Assembly (NCBI GenBank): GCA_044377795.1
Contig: JBILYJ010000001.1
Location: 1-40,506, forward strand
Length of the DNA stretch: 40,506 nucleotides
Reading direction: 5' to 3'
DNA from: Reyranella sp.
GTDB lineage: Bacteria; Pseudomonadota; Alphaproteobacteria; Reyranellales; Reyranellaceae
A program made the position numbers and the translations under genes. Shown here one piece after another: positions 32,855 to 40,506 of the stretch. The notes under the pieces were generated by a model. The model was not told the DNA's origin. It did not search any database and was given only the letters and a program-made list of their open reading frames with translations. Every line of letters begins with the position of its first letter. The first letter of the stretch is position 1.

Positions 32855-35185
32855 CTATGGCCGTTCCATCGCGGCAAGCGCCTGTCGGCCGCTCGTGAGC
32901 AGGAGCGTCACGTGCCCCGCGATGTCATCGTCGGAGGCCAGTTCCACTGCGGCGGCCGCTTCAGCGGCACGTGATGCCCCGAACTGACCGAACAGGCCGG
33001 CGAGTCGATGCGCGGCCTTGCGCAGGCGCGACGGATCGTGCGCCTGAGCGGCGGCATCCAGTTCGCGCAGCGATTCATCCGCATCCTGCCGAAACCGCAT
33101 CAGAAGCCTGGCAAAAGCCTCCTCCCCCACCGACTGGCGCAACTCTTCAAGGGTGACGAGATCCATGTCTTCCTCCACCGCCGGCACGACCGGCATTGTC
33201 CGTCCCGTCGCGCGCTCGATGACAGCCGCAAGCTCGAGCGGGCGTATCGGCTTGGCAAGACAGTCGTCGGCTCCGGCCGCCAGGGCGCGTGCCTTGTCCT
33301 CGGGTTGGCCGAAGGACGTCAACGCAACGATGGGCACCGCAGCCGCCGGCCCATCGAGGGCGCGGATCGCCCGGATCGCCGCCAGCCCGTCCATGACCGG
33401 CATCCAGACGTTCATCATCACGAGATCGAAGCGGCTGGTCTTCGCGGCGGCGAGCGCAGCGGAACCGTCGGCTACGATTTCCACGCGATGGCCCATCTTC
33501 TCCAGCAGCGCCCGGACCAGGATCTGATGTGACGGCACATCCTCCGCCGCCAGAACCGAAAGGTGCCTGTGTATGCGGGCGTCCGGGAGGGCAGCCGCCG
33601 CAACGTCGGTGGCGGCGACATCGAAGTCGAGTTCGAACCAGAAAGTCGATCCCGCACCGGGGGTACTGTCGACACCGATGGCTCCGCCCATGCTTTCGAC
33701 GAGTTGCCGGCAGATCGCCAGTCCCAACCCGGTGCCGCTGGCCTGCCGGACGGCGGCCTCTGCCCCTTGCTCGAACGGCATGAAGAGGCGGCTTCGCATC
33801 TCCGGCGAGATGCCGATGCCGGTGTCCTCTACGGCGAAACGCAAGCGAACCGAGCCGGCGTGACGTTCGGCCAGTCTGCAGGACAGGGTCACGGCGCCGC
33901 CATCGGTGAACTTCACCGGGTTGCCCAACAGATTGAGCAGAATCTGGTTCAGACGCCGCGCATCCCCTTCCAGTCGCGGCGGGACGTCGGGCGCCAGTTC
34001 AGACGCGATTCGGAGCCGGGCAGCGCCGGGGAGGCTGCGCGCCACCGCGACGGCGCCTTGCACCAGGTCCTGCACGTCGAGAGGACGAACCTCGAGATCC
34101 GAGCGCCCGGCATCGAGGCGGGAGAAGTCGAGGATGTCGTTGATCAGTGAGAGCAGATGAGTCGCCGACTTCTCGATCAGCTCGACGTGCTGCTTCTGCA
34201 CGGCATCCAGCGGCGTGTCGACCAGCAGGCTCGACAGACCGATGACGGCGTTCATCGGCGTGCGGATCTCGTGGCTCATGCGGGCGATGAAATCCGACTT
34301 GGCGCGGTCGGCGATCTCGGCGGCTTCCTTGGCCTGACGAAGCTCGTATTCCCGCTGCTTGCGCACGGTGACGTCGCGCAGGCACGCGACGACCATGTGC
34401 CTTCCCGACGATCGTGCGGCCGCGATGGTGACCTCGCAGAAGAACTCGCTGCCGTCGGCCCGCACCGCCCTCATTTCGTGGCGGGCCTTGCCGTCGGGCA
34501 CCTCGCCGGCCTCGACGTAACGCCGCAGCCCCACTTCGAGGCCGGGTCGGAAGCGCTCGGGGATCACGATGTCGACCGGCCTGCGGCCGATGATATCGTC
34601 GCGCCGGTAGCCGAGCACGGTTTCGACCGCTTGATTGACGTCCACGGCCCGGCCCGTCCCGTCGACGCAGAATATGCAGTCCGGGGTGGCATCCATGATC
34701 GCGCGCAGCCGCTCTTCGCTCCGCTGCAGCGCGGCTTCGCGTTCCTTGATCCCGGTGATGTCTACACGCAGGCCGACCGTCTCGCCCGTGGGCGTCCGGC
34801 GCTCGAGAATGCGCACCCAACGGCCGTCCGCGGTGCGCTGTTCGATGGGACCCTGCGGATCACGATGCTGGCGCAGCCGCTCCGCTATCCATGCCTCCTC
34901 GCGGCCCCGCGCCTCCGGATACTGGCCGCGCCGCACGCCTTCCCGGAGTCCGTGCTCGTAGGAGGTGCCGACGCCAATCAGGTCGGCACTGTCGCGATAC
35001 ATCTCGCGATAGCGTTCGTTGTACAGGGCGATGTGGTCGTCGGCATCGAACAGCACGAACCCGTCGGGCAAGGCTTCGAGGGCCGCGAGCAGCAGCGCGC
35101 CGTCCTGCGTCGCGGTGCGCGGCGCGGACACCGGGTCGGGCTGGACGTCGACCTGTCCGCCCGGGGATTTGTTCGCCTCTGTCAT
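32855..35185 (-). CDS. Cytoplasmic hybrid histidine kinase PAS-PAS-HisKA-HATPase-REC(D>N)-Hpt
   Basis: MSHEIRTPMN, NLLGNPVKFT, DTGIG, GTGLGL. Receiver reads FDLVMMNVWMP; Hpt has AHRLAG. Confidence 0.9.
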   Translation of the reverse strand: MTEANKSPGGQVDVQPDPVSAPRTATQDGALLLAALEALPDGFVLFDADDHIALYNERYREMYRDSADLIGVGTSYEHGLREGVRRGQYPEARGREEAWIAERLRQHRDPQGPIEQRTADGRWVRILERRTPTGETVGLRVDITGIKEREAALQRSEERLRAIMDATPDCIFCVDGTGRAVDVNQAVETVLGYRRDDIIGRRPVDIVIPERFRPGLEVGLRRYVEAGEVPDGKARHEMRAVRADGSEFFCEVTIAAARSSGRHMVVACLRDVTVRKQREYELRQAKEAAEIADRAKSDFIARMSHEIRTPMNAVIGLSSLLVDTPLDAVQKQHVELIEKSATHLLSLINDILDFSRLDAGRSDLEVRPLDVQDLVQGAVAVARSLPGAARLRIASELAPDVPPRLEGDARRLNQILLNLLGNPVKFTDGGAVTLSCRLAERHAGSVRLRFAVEDTGIGISPEMRSRLFMPFEQGAEAAVRQASGTGLGLAICRQLVESMGGAIGVDSTPGAGSTFWFELDFDVAATDVAAAALPDARIHRHLSVLAAEDVPSHQILVRALLEKMGHRVEIVADGSAALAAAKTSRFDLVMMNVWMPVMDGLAAIRAIRALDGPAAAVPIVALTSFGQPEDKARALAAGADDCLAKPIRPLELAAVIERATGRTMPVVPAVEEDMDLVTLEELRQSVGEEAFARLLMRFRQDADESLRELDAAAQAHDPSRLRKAAHRLAGLFGQFGASRAAEAAAAVELASDDDIAGHVTLLLTSGRQALAAMERP

Positions 35186-37716
35186 GCGGCGCCGGGTCGG
35201 CTCGAACGGACCGCCAGAACGGCAGCGTCGCCAGCGGACAGGAGAACATCCGTGTGCGCCTGCACGTCTTCGTCGCCGGCACGCTCGACCGCGACGGCGG
35301 CATCGGCGGCATCCGTCGCGCCGAACTGGCCGAACAGGCCGGCGAGGCGATGGGCGGTCCTGCGCAACAGGGCCGGCTCGCTCCCGGCGGCGCGCAGTTC
35401 GTCAAGGGACAGGCTGGCGTCCTGCACGAAGGCGTCAATCAACCGGCTGAATGCCTCCGGGCCGACCGCATCGTGCAACTCGTCGAGGGCGGCACGATCC
35501 ACCGCACAGGCCGCCATGGGTACGACGCCGCCGCCAGGCGCGGCGTTTCGGTCAATCGCCGCGTCGAGCTCATCGACGCGGATCGGCTTGCTGATGTGGT
35601 CGCTCATCCCCACAGCGATGGCCTTTTCCCGGTCACTCGGCTGGGCAAAAGCGGTAAGCGCGATGATCGGTATCGCCGCCACCGGGGCGCCGAGGCTCCT
35701 TATGCGCCGGGTCGCCTCATAGCCATCCATGCCCGGCATCTGGATGTCCATCAGGATCAGGTCGAAGGCCCCGTTGCGCGCCGCCGCCACCGCTTCGCCG
35801 CCGTCGGACACGACCTGCACGCGATGGCCCAGCTTCTCCAGCATGGCGCGCGCGACGATCTGGTTGGCCGGCGTGTCTTCGGCCACCAGGATACGGAGGC
35901 TCCTGCGGACGTGAGTCCGGGCCGCCGGAGAACTCCTCACGCCACCCGCAGGATCGATCGCCCGACCGAACGGAAGCTCGAACCAGAAGGTCGAGCCTTG
36001 CCCGAAACTGCTCACGACACCGATCTCCCCCCCCATGAGATCGACAAGCCGCTTGCAGATCGCCAGCCCCAGGCCGGTGCCGCCCTTCCGACGCGCCAGA
36101 CGGAGGTCTCCCTGCTCGAACGGCTGGAACAGCCGGCCCTGGACCTCAGGCGCGATGCCGACACCGGTGTCCGTAACGGAAAAGCGGAGTCGCAGGGTCG
36201 CGGCGCCCTGGTCGACGACCGTGGCCGACAGGGTGATGGCGCCCCGCTCGGTGTACTTCACGGCGTTACCCAGCAGGTTCAGGAAGATCTGGTTCAGCCG
36301 GTCGCCATCCCCCGAGACGAAGGTCGGGATGTTCCCGGCAAACGCCATCGCGATGTCGACCCGCTCGGCGCCCGGCAGGCCGCGGGCGATGTCGATGGCG
36401 CTCTCGGCGAGACGATGCAGGTCGAAGTCCGATTTCTCGACCGTGAGGCGCCTGGCCTCGAGGCGCGAGAAGTCGAGAATGTCGTTGATGATCTGGAGCA
36501 GGTGCGCCGCCGAATCCTCGATGATGCGAACATAACGCTTCTGCGTTTGCCCGAGCGGGGTATCGGCCAGCAGGTTCGACATGCCGATGACGGCGTTCAT
36601 CGGCGTGCGGATTTCGTGGCTCATCATCGCGAGGAAGTCGGTTTTTGCCTGCGTCGCCTCCTCGGCGTGGCCGCGGGCCCGCCTGAGGTCGGCCATGGTC
36701 GCCTCCTGGCGGGTCAGAAGCGTCGCGATCCAGCCGGTCAGGCCGAGCAGCAGCAGCGAGAACAGAGCGGTCCCGATGCCGACGAACCACGCCGTGGTGT
36801 ACCAGAGTTCGAGGATCAGCCCCTCGTTCGCCGTCACGTTCACGACCAGCGGGTAATCCTTCAGCGTGCGCGGCGCCACGATCCGCATCTGGCTGGCCGA
36901 GTTGTCGGCGAGGCGCGGTCCGGTCGTGACGGTGGCGCCGGCTTCATTGCCGCGCCCGATGATGTCGCTGAACACGGGCTGCTCGCGAAACGACTTGCCG
37001 ATCAGGTCTTCCCGGGTCGGATAGCGGGCGAGCAGGATGCCGTCGCTGCGGAACAGGGAGATCGCGCTCTCTTCACTGATGTTCACCGCCTTGAAGAAAT
37101 CCTGGAAGAAGCTGCTCTCGATGCCCGTCAGGACCAGCCCCAGCACCTCTCCGGTCCGGCTCCGGATCTTGCGGGCGAGATAGAAGGTCCATGTGCCGGT
37201 TCCGCGGTTCTTGACTGGAGCGCTGAGAAAGACGTCGAGCCGCGGATCGGCCATGTGGGCCTTGAAGTAGTCACGGTCCGCCAGGTTGATCCGGGGTGGT
37301 GGATAGGATCGTGTGAAACTGATGACGTCGCCATTCAACGCCACGATGGTGGCCACGTCGACCTGGGGCACGCTGCTCGCCTTGTTGCGCAGCATGTCGA
37401 AGATCTCCTGCGTGCCCATCTCGCGCCGCAGCTCGTCCTCGTTGGCGATGTCGGCATCGTGCACGCGGTCGCTGATGCTCTTGAGCACCAGGTCGGCGGC
37501 CTTCATGGTCTGGTTGGTCGAGGCCGCCAGGATCGTCGACATGTTGGAGAGATTGACCTTCCACTCCTCGATCGTCGTCGTGCGGGCCTGCCACAGCATC
37601 AGGGTTGCACCCATCACCACCAAGCAGACCGTCAGGACGCCTCCGGCGATCGCCGCGCGGCCACGCGGGCTCATCTGGTACCGAAACGCGGGTCGGGCTG
37701 CGGCAGTTTCATCCAT
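35182..37716 (-). CDS. Membrane hybrid histidine kinase TM-dCache-TM-HisKA-HATPase-REC-Hpt
   Basis: Two TMs around a Cache-like domain (ADRDYF, SAPVKNRGTGTW). MSHEIRTPMN, NLLGNAVKY, DLILMDIQMP, AHRLAG. Stop overlaps the next kinase start. Confidence 0.92.
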   Translation of the reverse strand: MDETAAARPAFRYQMSPRGRAAIAGGVLTVCLVVMGATLMLWQARTTTIEEWKVNLSNMSTILAASTNQTMKAADLVLKSISDRVHDADIANEDELRREMGTQEIFDMLRNKASSVPQVDVATIVALNGDVISFTRSYPPPRINLADRDYFKAHMADPRLDVFLSAPVKNRGTGTWTFYLARKIRSRTGEVLGLVLTGIESSFFQDFFKAVNISEESAISLFRSDGILLARYPTREDLIGKSFREQPVFSDIIGRGNEAGATVTTGPRLADNSASQMRIVAPRTLKDYPLVVNVTANEGLILELWYTTAWFVGIGTALFSLLLLGLTGWIATLLTRQEATMADLRRARGHAEEATQAKTDFLAMMSHEIRTPMNAVIGMSNLLADTPLGQTQKRYVRIIEDSAAHLLQIINDILDFSRLEARRLTVEKSDFDLHRLAESAIDIARGLPGAERVDIAMAFAGNIPTFVSGDGDRLNQIFLNLLGNAVKYTERGAITLSATVVDQGAATLRLRFSVTDTGVGIAPEVQGRLFQPFEQGDLRLARRKGGTGLGLAICKRLVDLMGGEIGVVSSFGQGSTFWFELPFGRAIDPAGGVRSSPAARTHVRRSLRILVAEDTPANQIVARAMLEKLGHRVQVVSDGGEAVAAARNGAFDLILMDIQMPGMDGYEATRRIRSLGAPVAAIPIIALTAFAQPSDREKAIAVGMSDHISKPIRVDELDAAIDRNAAPGGGVVPMAACAVDRAALDELHDAVGPEAFSRLIDAFVQDASLSLDELRAAGSEPALLRRTAHRLAGLFGQFGATDAADAAVAVERAGDEDVQAHTDVLLSAGDAAVLAVRSSRPGAA

Positions 37717-37753
37717 CTTTCAATGTCCAACGGGAGCTTCAAACGATTCGGGT

Positions 37754-37769
37754 TGCAAGAGCAGCGCCA
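37754..37769 (-). promoter_or_regulatory. sigma54 promoter of the kinase pair
   Basis: TGGC-GCTGCTC-TTGCA has exact spacing, about 38 bp upstream of ATG 37716. IHF-like AATCAC-TGCG-TTT at 37784-37796. Confidence 0.7.
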
Positions 37770-37841
37770 TTCGCATTCTACCGAATCACTGCGTTTAAAG
37801 CATCGGATAGCTACCAAATGTGGCTCTGGACGCGCTCGGAT

Positions 37842-37897
37842 TTTCAACTTGCGACGCAATCGCAGACTCGCCGGGCCAGCCCGTTTGCATCTTGCAA
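37842..37897. promoter_or_regulatory. Paired LuxO-type enhancer boxes upstream of the kinases
   Basis: Perfect palindrome TTGCA-TCT-TGCAA (37885-37897) and weaker TTTCA-ACT-TGCGA (37842-37854). Confidence 0.65.
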
Positions 37898-37970
37898 ATG
37901 CCCGCTGTTCTGCAGGGCGTCCAGACGACGGGCAGGCCTCCCGCCACTCGAGCCCGGAAGCGATCAGGAC

Positions 37971-38531
37971 TCAATCAGGTTGCTGCGCCAGCTCCGTCTC
38001 TTCCTTCGTTTCAAAATCGAAGACGCGGCGCTCGACGATGGCGAAGCAGCCGATCCAGAGCGCGGCGTCATAGGCACTGACCAGGCTGTCGGCGTCACCC
38101 TCGGTAACGCCTTGCCAGCCCCACAGCCCGACCAGGCCGACCACGACGGCGTACAGCACCACCTTCGCCACATTGCGCGCCCGCCATTCGAGCCCGCCAT
38201 ACTCGCCAGGTGCGTAGACGTCGTAGGCCAGCAGGGCACAGATCGCCAGCCAGGCTGCCGAATTGACGAAGCTCGACGTGTCGCCAGACGCCCAGTAGCC
38301 CCAGCACGTAGAGACCGCCAGGCCGTAGCCGACGGTCTGGGCGGCGTGAATCCCGACCTGCTCGAACCGCGATGCGTAGGCCAGGTCGAGGTCCAGCGAG
38401 TCATAAAGAAAAGTCGCGAGCAGAATGAGCCAGGCGACCTGTTCCAGCGCCTCGTTCGCCGTGCCGTAGCGCAAGTCGAGTCCCACATCCACCAAGAGCA
38501 GCACGAAAAAGCCGGTCCTGATAAACTGCAT
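37971..38531 (-). CDS. Hypothetical multi-pass membrane protein
   Basis: 186 aa with about 6 hydrophobic segments and GC3-rich codons. Repeated xAWLxxxAxxxYD-like motif. Confidence 0.65.
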   Translation of the reverse strand: MQFIRTGFFVLLLVDVGLDLRYGTANEALEQVAWLILLATFLYDSLDLDLAYASRFEQVGIHAAQTVGYGLAVSTCWGYWASGDTSSFVNSAAWLAICALLAYDVYAPGEYGGLEWRARNVAKVVLYAVVVGLVGLWGWQGVTEGDADSLVSAYDAALWIGCFAIVERRVFDFETKEETELAQQPD

Positions 38532-38930
38532 CCCGCGTCATCGCCTGCCTTGATGACGCAGATATGAACAGGCATGAGCGAGCCTCCAGCGATGCCCTCC
38601 TGCCGATCCGCTGACGGACAGCCCTCACGGCCGCAAGACCAACAAGCCGCCATCGAGCAAGCGTGAAGACGCGGTCCTTGCCGCAGTCCATGCCCGGATC
38701 ACGGCGCGCCCCACCTCCGCGCATGGCTCGAAGCTCATCCGGAAGCAACCGAGACCGACAAGCAGAATGGCATCAGGCGGGCCAACGGTATCGCCCTGCA
38801 CCTCTTCTTGGATTCATCAACCCGAATGTCGGCGTCAGGCGACGACGGCGTATGAGGCATGCTGTTGCAGGCCTAGAACCAGAACCAGTTCCAGCTGTGA
38901 CCAGGAGGTTGAGAGGTTTGTGCTGCAAAT

Positions 38931-39548
38931 CTAATTTTCTGAGAAAGCTCTTGCGGAATTCCGCGCTGCCATCGCGACGGCGACATACGCCCACCCCGCA
39001 AAGAGTAGTGAAACGCCGCCAATCGTGGCTGGCGTAAAAGTATGGCCATACGGAAGTTTCATCACCAGCAAACCAGCCACAAGGATAGCGATGAAGCCTG
39101 ATACGAGGAACCAATGCCACCCCTTCATCCGCCGCACCTTTGCGGCAAAAATGATCTGCGTCAGTCCATGCAATGCGAAGACCAGGGCCATCAAAACCAT
39201 GGTAGGCACCACGCTTGCAAAAGGATCCAAGTAAACGAATACGCCGCCAATTGCGGCTAGCAGGCCGAGCACCAGGTACCAGGCAAAAACAGCAGCCCCT
39301 AGCATCTTGCCAGACTGTGCGAGTTGCACGATGCCCACAAACATCAGAACAAGACCCAGGACCTCATTTGGAGAAATTGACGAAATCACGGGAACAGTGA
39401 TGGCGACGCCTCCCCCGACGATCAGCAGACCTCCGACCAGAATGAACAGAAGCCAGTGAGAACTGAGGATGTCAGCGATATTGCGTCGTTCGGTTCCTTC
39501 CTTTTCCCCCAGGCCCATGTCCTTTTCTCCTCCTTCATCGAATATCAT
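38931..39548 (-). CDS. HdeD/DUF308 family membrane protein
   Basis: Six-TM pattern: WLLFILVGGLLIVGG...LGLVLMFVGIVQL...GWHWFLVSGFIAIL...IGGVSLLFAGW. Start could be 39518. Confidence 0.8.
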   Translation of the reverse strand: MIFDEGGEKDMGLGEKEGTERRNIADILSSHWLLFILVGGLLIVGGGVAITVPVISSISPNEVLGLVLMFVGIVQLAQSGKMLGAAVFAWYLVLGLLAAIGGVFVYLDPFASVVPTMVLMALVFALHGLTQIIFAAKVRRMKGWHWFLVSGFIAILVAGLLVMKLPYGHTFTPATIGGVSLLFAGWAYVAVAMAARNSARAFSEN

Positions 39549-39769
39549 ATATTGCCTTTGAAGGCTGATCGTTAGTCAACCAGACGTCGTCACTTGCCAA
39601 TCTCGCCTGGAGCGTCGCGTCCCAAGATGGCAATGCTCAAAGTCGGGTTTCGATGCGATGAGCGTATCAAGGCACCCAGTTTGTCCAGCCGATCGGCGGG
39701 CCTGCCTCTATGCGGCCTCCGCATGCAGTTCAGGATTGGGCTGATGGCGTGTCTCCCTGATGGGCCATT

Positions 39770-39937
39770 GGAGTCGCTCCTAGAATGAGCCGTTTCATGT
39801 GGGCGTTGGTCGCCGAAATCCTCAACCGTTTCCCTCATGCCGGCGACCGTTCAACGCAAAGCCACTCAGGGATTGCGGCATCGTTTCACGTTGCGGCACA
39901 CTTGGCGAATGGTCCCGTTCATATTCTCAATGATGCT
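39770..39937 (-). pseudogene. IS256-family transposase C-terminal relic
   Basis: Manual minus-strand translation SIIENMNGTIRQVCRNVKRCRNP*VALR*TVAGMRE... matches the IS256 tail (NxIENxNGTIRxVxRNVKRWR...ALRWxAAGM). Two stops and frameshifts. Confidence 0.75.
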
Positions 39938-40232
39938 GGGGTTGCGCCTACCGAGAATCACTCGGGACAATACTCATGATAAGCAGACTCACCTCCCAGC
40001 TGGCTTAGTCTTGGGGGCTCGGATCATCAGGAATCAAGTAGAAATCCCTGCCGTCAACACTGATCCACCAGTTGTCAGGGGCTTCGCGCCCCGTCGCGTC
40101 CCACCATCACCCGAGAGAGCAAAAGCGGAACAGGCTCAATCTACTGACGTATGAAAAGCGGAGAGCAGGTCAGGTCGCCTGCTCCAAGCCGTGAACTTAA
40201 AGACAGGCGTAGACGGACCCGAGCATGTCCGC

Positions 40233-40341
40233 TCCTGAGAGGCTGGCCGGAAATGAATTGAATCGATTCAAGCACTTACCTCATCCTGAGAGGCTGGCCG
40301 GAAATGAATTGAATCAATTCAAGCCCTTACCTCATCCTGAG
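40233..40341 (+). repeat. 51-bp tandem duplication bounded by TCCTGAG
   Basis: Units 40233-40283 and 40284-40334 differ at 2 positions. TCCTGAG occurs at 40233, 40284 and 40335. Confidence 0.9.
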
Positions 40342-40495
40342 GAGGCCACGAAGTGGCCGTCTCGAAGGATGGGCAACAGACGAAGTGCTCGTGCCCACCC
40401 TTCGAGACGCATCGCTACGCGATGCTCCTCAGGGTGAGGTTATCGGGTCCGTTCATAACCCGTTGTTTTAGCTGCATTCATTTCCGGCCAGACTC
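40239..40495. mobile_element. MITE-like element with 20-bp terminal inverted repeats and TGA flanks (IS5/IS1031-like ends)
   Basis: Left IR GAGGCTGGCCGGAAATGAAT (40239 and 40290) and right IR ATTCATTTCCGGCCAGACTC (40476-40495) match at 19/20. TGA lies immediately outside both ends. No transposase inside. Confidence 0.6.
40329..40440. repeat. Alphaproteobacterial REP-like palindromic element
   Basis: ACCTCATCCTGAGGAG...CGTCTCGAAGG...CCTTCGAGACG...CTCCTCAGGGTGAGGT nested inverted repeats with side hairpins (GGCCAC-GAA-GTGGCC, GCATCGC-TAC-GCGATGC). Confidence 0.8.
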
Positions 40496-40506
40496 TGAGG
40501 TTAAGG

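Noticed and set aside
34891-38073. Long plus-strand ORFs (e.g. 34891-38073, 11352-13730, 13340-15586, 30265-32595, 23031-25400, 1766-3907)
   Set aside because: They are antisense or alternate-frame shadows of well-supported genes, expected in high-GC DNA, with no recognisable motifs.
38532-38930. Small ORFs between the two membrane-protein genes
   Set aside because: No motif, RBS or codon-bias support.
40233-40341. Repeat near the window end as CRISPR or a coding ORF (40225-40437)
   Set aside because: There are only two adjacent copies with no spacers, and the 70-aa ORF is just a translation of the repeat and REP element.

Overview
High-GC alphaproteobacterial-type chromosome segment that forms a biofilm/exopolysaccharide neighbourhood; the taxon is inferred from gene content only. 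Left (1-16.7 kb): a SET-domain gene cut by the window edge, two diguanylate cyclases, a REC-EAL phosphodiesterase and a bcsD-containing cellulose operon (bcsP-Q-A-B-C-D-Z). Middle (17-22.5 kb): an omega-aminotransferase with a divergent PuuR-like regulator, an orphan molybdopterin oxidoreductase, cspA and a small hypothetical gene. Right (22.7-37.9 kb): a minimal alginate-like operon (algD, PilZ-less alg44, alg8, algL), a LuxO-like sigma54 activator, a NUDIX gene, a DUF4114/RTX protein, a stand-alone mannose-6-phosphate isomerase cupin and two tandem Hpt-bearing hybrid kinases. The main finding is that three promoters in the right-hand block share one design: a sigma54 -24/-12 element, an IHF-like site and paired LuxO-type TTGCA-N3-TGCAA boxes. 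This suggests a self-contained LuxO-like phosphorelay that directly drives polymannuronate-type EPS genes. The window ends in a more AT-rich stretch with an HdeD/DUF308 gene, an IS256 relic and a MITE-like element carrying a REP palindrome. All family calls come from motif recognition by eye, not from database searches.
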